Shown here piece after piece: positions 53,801-61,063 of a DNA stretch of 64,000 nt. Under the pieces are notes generated by a model. It was not told the DNA's origin. It worked only from the letters and a program-made list of their open reading frames with translations, and did not search any database. The stretch comes from Candidatus Poseidoniales archaeon. GTDB lineage: Archaea; Thermoplasmatota; Poseidoniia; Poseidoniales; Thalassarchaeaceae. The stretch lies in contig JAPOFX010000001.1 of NCBI GenBank assembly GCA_028283505.1, positions 137,127 to 201,126 on the forward strand. The letters are read 5' to 3'. Numbering within the stretch: position 1 is the stretch's first letter; each line of letters starts with the position of its first letter. A program made the translations under genes and the position numbers.

Positions 53801-54452
53801 CTGCCGGGATGTCCACGAAATCACTTGAGCCCTCATATTCTGTCTCTTGGGAATAGCTTGATGTCCAATAGTCTCCGACAGTGAGCGGGAAGTCATAACC
53901 TTCAGTAGGAGGGGAATAAGTTTGAGTAATTGTCAACTCTGCTACATCTACATTTATGGTCCACCAAAAAAACCTATATCCGAAGTCAATCTCTATTGTT
54001 GCTTCTTGTTCGATTACTGCTAAGTCAGAGGCACGAATCAGCTCAATAGTATCCATTTCTATCTCGAGATCTCCATTGTTGCCATCAAGATTGACATTCT
54101 GTGCTTCATAACTTCCTTGGGACTGGGCCTCATATACTAATGTAGATCGATTATCAACAGTAGTGGTGTAGATATCAGTGACTGTCCGATCCAATGTACC
54201 AGTCAGGTATTGAACATCCGTCGAAACTCCAGATGAACCTACAAAGTCTCCGACATCTAGGTATCCATCGTAGACCCACCTATCTCCTACTCTCCAGGTA
54301 GGTATGTCAGCTATTGCCGTATTCCTTTGAGATGAACTCGATACCTTTTCTTCAATCCCTACCTCATCTAGATCCTCCGGAGATATCAGGAACACACATT
54401 GCGATATCAGTATCATTGCCATCATTACGGCCGACGCGGTAGCTCTACCCAT
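50889..54452 (-). CDS. Giant surface protein with CARDB and multiple PKD-like domains, one TM helix and an acidic cytoplasmic tail
   Basis: Signal MGRATASAVMMAMILISQCVFLIS from the ATG at 54452 (ORF-track start 54506). CARDB-like PIQNRGLLPSPATTMNVE..DDGDRSNNN. PKD-like ILDASSSYDPDGGEF and repeats. TM helix IMIIVVVLIALSGGFMLV followed by about 150 aa of D/E-rich tail. Confidence 0.7.
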   Translation of the reverse strand: MGRATASAVMMAMILISQCVFLISPEDLDEVGIEEKVSSSSQRNTAIADIPTWRVGDRWVYDGYLDVGDFVGSSGVSTDVQYLTGTLDRTVTDIYTTTVDNRSTLVYEAQSQGSYEAQNVNLDGNNGDLEIEMDTIELIRASDLAVIEQEATIEIDFGYRFFWWTINVDVAELTITQTYSPPTEGYDFPLTVGDYWTSSYSQETEYEGSSDFVDIPADSDSSEVRSWQVMSRGAPGTPYSQCQQSYNVTTFDANGSADGYRWFCPAVRGDVSSSTDIIDGINAFHELQNYIPEDVQRSKEISVDLEFPLSPLNLNTTAILTVTQDGSALSAGSQEVEFRYGIDGDIRTVTTSSNGTAYVEFNSGNSIDDSQGGSEAGSHGVIAWIPSEKIVGVSTITIDPNVSAVDLVAISSGVTVERTRGGATTTLASSTGFNAVPQDTLRFYMPIQNRGLLPSPATTMNVESPDGSVQTAQVPSLPSLGQAIVEVNWTVPNAYPIGQISLSFQVDPNESITDDGDRSNNNGVFSLWIGRLPVATLDMPAQSLTKSAVILDASSSYDPDGGEFIGCNFFIESEDQIVEISGGEECIVEFEWDDDGIFDIVIEFTDNENDLAVIGDVIEIVNRPPEITIESEYEWTNVLSPLQFNVEERSDIDTQNPQAPMDILWISDYPCQEGQVGVYCTVTPDEEGAYTISVEAVDDDGDIGYSNKTVEVRNIAPTNPRAEVWKEGNRMVPDSRGVYIANEGDLLIFEGMADDSENDLSTLVHLWSPDAENNPDQVITFEGRKSTVQHTYHTSGLHLATLQVIDNDGASTESLIIPIEIINLEPQISPVADPLPVAEDSEISITIDTIDTAGDQLTLQNCYDLQPTVDSDGSGNAADDCDIESRTLQMAWPDATTSPSMIVFHVTDDDGSSAMIEIPIDVRNVNPFPKVSASTFTPVEGEIVFFSANGTSDSILDMENMVYNWDMDTSVDSDGDGDAANDVDIQGKWIEWSFVGSGNRGISMTALDEGQGSSATLTLTVSAAPFSLGEFVSSYGIMIIVVVLIALSGGFMLVKNRSPPSDSGLVSGMDQTKSLKKVSVDDAFDDPDYDPFDSQSRREGPKSKSLEPATENTEQDSEIIDSQVTSDTDVQMDSGEQETESIVVDTDAMDDEDVPDVSKGKSEPSEEVVMSVDDALSQEDIEALFDE

Positions 54453-54502
54453 ACATCCTCTGTGGAGAAGGGGCAAATCAATGTGACTATCGACTGAGCT
54501 AA

Positions 54503-55243
54503 TCACATCGCGCGATAGTCAGGGAGGTCTGCAAGCTCATCTTGTATGAATTGGACAGCCTCTAAGATCTGATCCTTGGCCCTTGCTCCAGTGATAACCA
54601 TCTTTCCACTTCCGAATATCAGGCAAACTACTTTTGGGTAGTCCAGCCTGTAAATCAAACCAGGGAACTGCTCAGGCTCATACTCGACCTTGTCAAAAGG
54701 CAGATGGAATGTAAGATTATTCAGATTGAGCCTTCTTGGAAGGGCGGCCAATGGCTCTCCTTGTTTAATTCCCCTAATCCTTGGATCTTCATTTTCAACC
54801 TCCTCATCGGTCGCCGCCCTGATCCCACCAGCTTCATCAATCACTTTAGTGTTGATATCATCCATTTTGGCTACTCCAGTGTAGTCTTCAGGGAAGAAGA
54901 GTGAGTAGGTAGCGACCATGTTCTGAACTTCTATGTCGACATCAGCAACATCCCATGTGGAAATTCCCGCCGCTCTCAGGTCCCCAATCATTCTCTCGAT
55001 ACCCGTCTCGATGTTCTGTTGGTTCTTACCGCCCGTGCAAACAGCTCTGCCAGATCTGAACATAAGTATTGCCAGTTTTGGATCCACCACCCTGTAAACT
55101 ACACCGGGGAATTGTTCAGGCTCGTATTCACAGTTCAGTTGAATTGCAATATCTGGGAGGTCCAGCTCCTCGGCAACCCTGGTTGACGCTACAACATTCA
55201 CTACAGTTAGGCGTTCTTCATCACTTAGCATGAGTCCTCGCAC
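54503..55243 (-). CDS. tbp: TATA-box-binding protein with an insertion in the second repeat
   Basis: Two TBP repeats: VVNVVAS..CEYEPEQFPGVVYRV..LMFRSGRAVCTG and VQNMVAT..VEYEPEQFPGLIYRL..LIFGSGKMVITG. The start is GTG 55243 or, more likely, ATG 55231. Confidence 0.9.
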   Translation of the reverse strand: MRGLMLSDEERLTVVNVVASTRVAEELDLPDIAIQLNCEYEPEQFPGVVYRVVDPKLAILMFRSGRAVCTGGKNQQNIETGIERMIGDLRAAGISTWDVADVDIEVQNMVATYSLFFPEDYTGVAKMDDINTKVIDEAGGIRAATDEEVENEDPRIRGIKQGEPLAALPRRLNLNNLTFHLPFDKVEYEPEQFPGLIYRLDYPKVVCLIFGSGKMVITGARAKDQILEAVQFIQDELADLPDYRAM

Positions 55244-55253
55244 TTATATTCTT

Positions 55254-55261
55254 CTTATAAA
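55254..55261 (-). promoter_or_regulatory. TATA-box-like element (TTTATAAG on the minus strand) upstream of tbp
   Basis: It is centred about 27 nt upstream of the ATG at 55231. That spacing is canonical for a leaderless archaeal transcript and is too close to the GTG at 55243. Confidence 0.4.
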
Positions 55262-55301
55262 GGATATCAGTATGAAAAATCTGGATAACGCCCCTTTGTG
55301 A

Positions 55302-56270
55302 TCATAAAATTCGCGCCCCTCCAGATCCAAGTTTCGAGACTAGTGGCTTCCCACCTGCGATTTCTATGCATTCAGCGACTCTCTTGGGATGCCGAGTAAG
55401 GGAAACCATGCAACCTCCCCCCCCAGCTCCAGTCAGTTTGGCCCCGAGGGAATGACTATCCACAGCAGAAATTAGATTCTCAAGTTCATTGCAACTGACT
55501 CCAAGGTTACGAAGCCTTTCATGACAGGAGCTCATTGCCGAACCTACTCCTTCCATATCTCCCGCAGACAGCGAAGCAAGCCCGGAAGATGTGATATCCC
55601 CAATTGCCCTGATATCATCCATCTTTTGCGGATATTTCCCAATTAGTTCTGAAACTCCTTCCACCATTTTCCCAGTAGGCGATCCAATTCCTGTAGATCC
55701 CAACACTATCCAGATATCTTCAATTTCTGGCAGTTTCGCCTCACAGACTGACCATGACCTACTTCCCTCAGGAGTCTCTAGGGTAGCGTCGAATACATGC
55801 CTAGTCCCTCTGACCTTATGGCCAGAAACAACGATACATCCCCCAAGCGCACTAGTCGCAGTATCTGTAGGGCTAGCTCTTCCTTTCTGAGCGTTCGCCT
55901 CAGCTGAATGCCCCATCTTGGCGAGAGAAATTAGATCTAGTGGCTCATTTGGTTTAGTGAACTGATGTAATGCTGCCCCCATTGAATTGGAGAGTGCGGC
56001 AGACGAACCAAGTCCAGCAGCCGAGAAAAGGCCGCTCTTGATATCAATTTTCAAAGGACTTCCCTTGTATTGGAATATATCATTGATTATGTGAGAAATA
56101 TGGGGGTGTCTGGACGGCTCAAACGGCATCCCCTCCAAAATCCATCTATCTGACTCACTAATTGTAACCTCTACACCTGCGTCAATTGAGATGGCAACTG
56201 CCGGCTGCCCGTAAACTACCGCATGCTCCCCGAATAGAATGCATTTGCCCGGCGCGAATGCAGTAACCAT
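55302..56270 (-). CDS. mvk: Mevalonate kinase
   Basis: APGKCILFGEHAVVYGQPAVA N-terminus, GHMP motif GLGSSAALS and C-terminal KLTGAGGGGC. Confidence 0.85.
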   Translation of the reverse strand: MVTAFAPGKCILFGEHAVVYGQPAVAISIDAGVEVTISESDRWILEGMPFEPSRHPHISHIINDIFQYKGSPLKIDIKSGLFSAAGLGSSAALSNSMGAALHQFTKPNEPLDLISLAKMGHSAEANAQKGRASPTDTATSALGGCIVVSGHKVRGTRHVFDATLETPEGSRSWSVCEAKLPEIEDIWIVLGSTGIGSPTGKMVEGVSELIGKYPQKMDDIRAIGDITSSGLASLSAGDMEGVGSAMSSCHERLRNLGVSCNELENLISAVDSHSLGAKLTGAGGGGCMVSLTRHPKRVAECIEIAGGKPLVSKLGSGGARIL

Positions 56271-56382
56271 ACATCCCGCCCGCAGTCAAGGGAAATGAGC
56301 ATTGGGATGTGGGGCTTGCATCGGTTCCTTCAAGTTCAACTACCGTTTGGGGAGTCCAAGGCAGTTGCCGAGATGTGAAATT

Positions 56383-58425
56383 ATGGAACATCCACTATTG
56401 CAGTCTTATGGCCCATTGGAGGGTTGGCACATACTGCTCGCAATCGGGGTCGTCTCGATTGGTTTCTTCAGTTATCAGGTTCAGAAGGCAACTAGGCTGG
56501 TCATGTTAGGATCATCCGACAGTAGGTTTGACTCTTGGAGTATCAGAATCAAAGAGTTCATTTCAGGATGGTTGTTCCAGAAAAAAGTCCTCAGAGATAA
56601 GGTTGCAGGGATAATGCATGTTCTGATGTTCTGGGGATTCCTCATGCTATCGACAGACATGTTTGATCTAGCGACTGCAAATGCATTCTCTGATAAGGTA
56701 CTTCCAGAAATCATAGTCGGGCCTTGGAATGGGATGGTTGAGCTGGGATACTTTATGGCCCTGATTGGCTGCGTCAGCGCACTTACTCGCAGAGTGGTAT
56801 TCACACCAGAGAAACTCAAGGGAAAGTCCCAGCTAGAAGGTAATGCCATACTGTTGCTGATATTTACGATTACCACCACCTCATTCATGGTCGAGTCCGC
56901 AGAGTCGCCAAGTGCCTTTTGGGAACCAATAGGATATTGGTTTTCGGAACGAGGTCTTTCAGAACAGACAGTAATACTATCTTATTGGGCTCACATGCTG
57001 GCAATCTCAGTTTTTCTTTTCTTGATTCCACTCTCAAAACACATGCATCTCGTGATGGCAGTTCCGAACGTCTTCTTTCATGACGCTGGTCCAATGGCAA
57101 GAATGAGGCCCTTGGCAATTGGAGATGATGGAAAGGCTGTTCCTCTGGAAGATCTCGATATAGACTCCTTCGGAGTTAGTACATACAATCAGTATTCATG
57201 GAGGCAACTAATCGACGGATGGTCATGCACGTCGTGTGCTAGGTGTCAGGATGTTTGTCCCGCATATGCATCAGGAAAGGGACTCAATCCCATGCAGGTT
57301 ATCCACGATGTCAGAAACTACGCGAATGAGCATGCCCCAATTCTTCTTTCAGGGAACCAGCCCGAAGAAACAATTCTTGAGAGGATTACAGAAGAGGCTG
57401 TTTGGGCATGCACAACCTGCAACGCTTGCGTGGATGTCTGCCCACTGTACATTGAACACGTTCCAAAGCTCACAGATCTCAGGAGAAATGCGATGATGGA
57501 AACCATGGAGTATCCAGAAGTACTCAACACTGCCATGGGCAACATAGAGTCTGCATCTAACCCATACGGCTTTGGTGCGCATGAGAGAGCAGATTGGGCC
57601 TCTGACTTGGGAGTGAAAATTGGCGAGCCAGCAGAGTACATCTACTTCGTTGGTTGCGCGGCAAGCTTCGACGAGAGGAATCAGAAAGTAGCAAGGTCGA
57701 CAATATCCCTTCTCAAAGAAGCAGGACTCGATGTGGGAATTCTTGGTATGCAAGAAGGATGCTCTGGGGATCCAGCTAGAAGAGCGGGCAACGAGTATCT
57801 CTTCCAAATGCTGGCGGAGACAAACATGTCGACGTTCCAAGAATTAGGAGTCAAGAGAATTGTGGCTTCATGCCCCCATTGTTTCCACACGCTGGGCAAG
57901 GAGTATGGAGACTTCGGAGGAGATGATCTGGAGGTTTTCCATCACTCTGAAATTATAGCAAAGCTACAGAAGGAAGGAAAGCTCCCAGAGGCAGAGAAGA
58001 ATGGACGGTCAATCACTTTCCATGATCCATGCTACTTGGGAAGGATTGGAGATATCTTGGATGCCCCAAGATCGGTCATTGGAGGGGTCGACAAAGAAAC
58101 CGAAAGGCATGGCAAAGACTCATTCTGCTGTGGTGCGGGAGGGGCCCAAATGTGGATGGAGGAAGATGCTGATAAGAGAGTAAATGAGATTCGAGCAGCA
58201 GAGATTGCCGAGACTGGTTGCGACACCGTGGCTGTAGGCTGTCCTTTCTGCTCCGTAATGGTAAAAGATGGCTTAGACGCTGTCGGAGCTGATATGGAGG
58301 TCCTTGACGTTGCTGAACTACTCTGGGAACAGATCGTGGCTAGGGATTTGGAGATTCATGATAAGACCAAAAACAGAACAGGAAAAGCCAGGATCTGGAA
58401 ATCATCACTATCGGACCTTGTTTGA
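56383..58425 (+). CDS. Membrane-anchored Fe-S oxidoreductase: N-terminal 5-6 TM domain, two [4Fe-4S] ferredoxin motifs, two CCG (HdrD/GlpC-like) domains; EtfD/HdrD-like
   Basis: TM region at residues ~10-250. Ferredoxin motifs CTSCARCQDVCP and CTTCNACVDVCP. CCG-domain motifs VGCAASFD..CSGDP, CPHC and FHDPCYLGR..CCGAGG. The ATG at 56383 is preferred over the ORF-track start at 56302. Confidence 0.75.
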   Translation: MEHPLLQSYGPLEGWHILLAIGVVSIGFFSYQVQKATRLVMLGSSDSRFDSWSIRIKEFISGWLFQKKVLRDKVAGIMHVLMFWGFLMLSTDMFDLATANAFSDKVLPEIIVGPWNGMVELGYFMALIGCVSALTRRVVFTPEKLKGKSQLEGNAILLLIFTITTTSFMVESAESPSAFWEPIGYWFSERGLSEQTVILSYWAHMLAISVFLFLIPLSKHMHLVMAVPNVFFHDAGPMARMRPLAIGDDGKAVPLEDLDIDSFGVSTYNQYSWRQLIDGWSCTSCARCQDVCPAYASGKGLNPMQVIHDVRNYANEHAPILLSGNQPEETILERITEEAVWACTTCNACVDVCPLYIEHVPKLTDLRRNAMMETMEYPEVLNTAMGNIESASNPYGFGAHERADWASDLGVKIGEPAEYIYFVGCAASFDERNQKVARSTISLLKEAGLDVGILGMQEGCSGDPARRAGNEYLFQMLAETNMSTFQELGVKRIVASCPHCFHTLGKEYGDFGGDDLEVFHHSEIIAKLQKEGKLPEAEKNGRSITFHDPCYLGRIGDILDAPRSVIGGVDKETERHGKDSFCCGAGGAQMWMEEDADKRVNEIRAAEIAETGCDTVAVGCPFCSVMVKDGLDAVGADMEVLDVAELLWEQIVARDLEIHDKTKNRTGKARIWKSSLSDLV

Positions 58426-58490
58426 TTAGAGATCATTTTCCCTGAGCCGAATATAGAGAACGTCATAAGCAACACCACCTAGGGCCGTTT

Positions 58491-58889
58491 ATGGAAGACA
58501 CGTTCTTATTCTTCGGAAGGTCTGTACCCGATCTGGCTAAAATCCTCGGCTCTATACTCGCAATTTTTGGTATCGCAATGTACATCATATCTGGCCAATC
58601 CTCGGTCACTGCATTGATCCCATCATTCATGGGAGTTCCCCTGATGCTTCTAGGATTACTATCAGAAAGGATGCCAGAAAATCGTCATCACCTCATGCAC
58701 GCATCAATGGTTCTTGCACTTCTTATGGTAATCATGCCGATTGCAATGGTCGTGGCAATGGGAGTTCCCGACTCCAACCTAACTGTCACCTCATTATTCA
58801 CCCTGCTAATAATAGGCTCAATTTTTCTGGTAGCTGGTATAAAATCCTTCAGGCATGCCCGCATACTCAGGGAATCTTCGGGTGTTTGA
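58491..58889 (+). CDS. Hypothetical membrane protein (4 TM)
   Basis: Hydrophobic 132-aa ORF. Its stop is immediately followed by the TTG start of the next gene. Confidence 0.4.
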   Translation: MEDTFLFFGRSVPDLAKILGSILAIFGIAMYIISGQSSVTALIPSFMGVPLMLLGLLSERMPENRHHLMHASMVLALLMVIMPIAMVVAMGVPDSNLTVTSLFTLLIIGSIFLVAGIKSFRHARILRESSGV

Positions 58890-59579
58890 TTGAAGCCAAT
58901 AATCGGCGTAACTTGCTTCATGCGTGAAACAGCCTACGGCAATTGGCATAGACACGCAGCAATTCTCCCATCAGCATACGTATCCATGATAGAAATTTCT
59001 GGGGGTATTCCCATGATTATCCCTCCGGCAGTCGATACTACGAAGCTATTGGATATGATTGACGGATTGATTGTTTCCGGCGGTCCCGACATATCTCCAG
59101 CTCTTTACAATCAGGAGGCTGGTCCAATGACAGTGGAATTTTACCCTAAACAAGATGAAACAGAAATTGCACTTATTTCAGAGGCATTAGAAATAGACAT
59201 GCCATTGTTGGGAGTTTGCAGAGGGATGCAAATTCTCTCCGTCGCACATGGAGGAAGTCTCCATCAGCACCTGGATGACACCCCGGGACATGAAGGGCAT
59301 GGGGGATATGACGGAACCTCTACGGACCATTCTGTGATCGCGAAAGAGGGGTCATTGCTTGAGCAGATAATGGGAAGATCATTCATCGTAAACTCGACTC
59401 ATCACCAAGGCGTCGCAGACCCTGGAAAATTGTCAATATCGGCCGTCGCACAACACGATGGTTTGATCGAGGCAGTAGAAAGAACCGATAAGAAATTCTG
59501 CATGGGAGTTCAATGGCATCCCGAGCGTAAGGGGCATGAACAATTGTTCTCCGCATTCGTTGAGGCTGCGAGAGGTTGA
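58890..59579 (+). CDS. Gamma-glutamyl hydrolase-like class I amidotransferase (peptidase C26, PuuD-like)
   Basis: MKPIIGVT start (TTG codon), nucleophile GVCRGMQIL, HHQ and QWHPE. Confidence 0.75.
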   Translation: MKPIIGVTCFMRETAYGNWHRHAAILPSAYVSMIEISGGIPMIIPPAVDTTKLLDMIDGLIVSGGPDISPALYNQEAGPMTVEFYPKQDETEIALISEALEIDMPLLGVCRGMQILSVAHGGSLHQHLDDTPGHEGHGGYDGTSTDHSVIAKEGSLLEQIMGRSFIVNSTHHQGVADPGKLSISAVAQHDGLIEAVERTDKKFCMGVQWHPERKGHEQLFSAFVEAARG

Positions 59580-61048
59580 TGACCATCGGCCCGCTAGAAG
59601 GGGTAATGACGCTCAGGGTATATGATACCAGGTCTCGTTCGAAGAGGGTTTTTACCCCCTTAGAAGAAGGTAAAATTGGAATCTACGCATGCGGGATTAC
59701 TCCTTATTCCCCGAGTCACATTGGACACGCCAGGCAGGCAATAGCATTCGACATAATCGTTAGGTGGCTAAGGAAGAGTGGCTATGATGTAAATTACATC
59801 TCGAATTTTACCGATATCGATGACAAGATAATCTCCGTATCACAGAAAGAAGGAGTGGATTTCTTGGTGGTGGCCAACAGAAACATAGAGGATTATTTCA
59901 CTGTGATGGATAAATTGAATGTGATTAGGGCCAACAGCTATCCCAGAGTCACAGAGACCATACCAGAGATAATTGAGATGATTGAGGAACTGATAAGAAA
60001 GAATCATGCCTATGTTTCTGCCGATGGGGTCTATTTTGAGATAGACACTGCCCCAGAAAAATATGGCCAATTAACAGGGCAGACTCTTGAAATGGTCAGA
60101 AAAGGAGCCGGAGGAAGAGTCGGTAAATCCGGGACAGGAAAGAGGGACCATCGGGATTTCGCATTATGGAAGGCGGCCAAAGAGGGGGAGCCTAGCTGGG
60201 ATAGTCCATGGGGTGCTGGAAGGCCTGGTTGGCACATAGAGTGCTCTGCGATGTCTTTGAAACACCTCGGGGAGAGATTCGACATACATGGAGGGGGTTC
60301 CGATCTGCTATTCCCTCATCATGAAGCGGAGATATTCCAATCCGAATGCTGCCTCGGACATGATCCAGTAGTCCAATACTGGTTGCACAATGGAATGATA
60401 AATGTTGATGGAGAAAAGATGAGTAAATCAGATGGTAATTTCTGGACTGTTAGGGATGCGCTTGTGTCAATCGATCCGATGGTCCTTAGGTATGCATTAA
60501 TCAATGCCCCGTATAGGCAACCAGTAGACTTCAATGCTGTGATGATCGAAGACTCAACAACACACTACGGCCGTCTAATTTCCTCGTACTCAGAGGCTCT
60601 CCACATCTCACATGGAGAGCATAGTAGCTACAATGATATTGAGTCCTTAGCTCATTCTTCTGAGAGGGTAACTAATGGGATGAATGATGATTTCAATACT
60701 AGAACGGCCCTTGTTGAAATACAAACTATCGTCAAGGAGCTTTCCTCACTTCTTCAGTCTAATGCTAGAGAGCCTAAGGTTATCGGTGGCTATGTTTCGT
60801 GGTTGGAGGAATTCGCAGGGGAAGTATTGGGGATTTTGCCCCCGAGGAATGAGGCATTAGAGTTCTATGGACGTAAGCTTTCCAGAAGATCCGAAATTGA
60901 ACCTGAGGTTAGTAAGCTTCTGGAGATGAGGGAGAATGCGAGGGCATCAAAGGATTGGTCCGAGTCAGATAGAATCAGAGACGAGCTTAATGAGATGGGT
61001 GTAACTGTTGAAGACAGCCCCGAGGGAACAAAATGGCGAATTATCTGA
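59579..61048 (+). CDS. cysS: Cysteine--tRNA ligase
   Basis: HIGH motif (SPSHIGHAR) and KMSKS motif, with CGITPY upstream. The start is ATG 59579 or ATG 59606 (MTLRVYDT). Confidence 0.9.
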   Translation: MTIGPLEGVMTLRVYDTRSRSKRVFTPLEEGKIGIYACGITPYSPSHIGHARQAIAFDIIVRWLRKSGYDVNYISNFTDIDDKIISVSQKEGVDFLVVANRNIEDYFTVMDKLNVIRANSYPRVTETIPEIIEMIEELIRKNHAYVSADGVYFEIDTAPEKYGQLTGQTLEMVRKGAGGRVGKSGTGKRDHRDFALWKAAKEGEPSWDSPWGAGRPGWHIECSAMSLKHLGERFDIHGGGSDLLFPHHEAEIFQSECCLGHDPVVQYWLHNGMINVDGEKMSKSDGNFWTVRDALVSIDPMVLRYALINAPYRQPVDFNAVMIEDSTTHYGRLISSYSEALHISHGEHSSYNDIESLAHSSERVTNGMNDDFNTRTALVEIQTIVKELSSLLQSNAREPKVIGGYVSWLEEFAGEVLGILPPRNEALEFYGRKLSRRSEIEPEVSKLLEMRENARASKDWSESDRIRDELNEMGVTVEDSPEGTKWRII

Positions 61049-61063
61049 GACGGAATGCCCAAA

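Noticed and set aside
54734-54898. Intein or mobile insertion in tbp
   Set aside because: The ~55-residue segment is too short for an intein. It lacks the Cys/Ser-...-His-Asn splice motifs and endonuclease motifs, and the DNA shows no flanking repeats.
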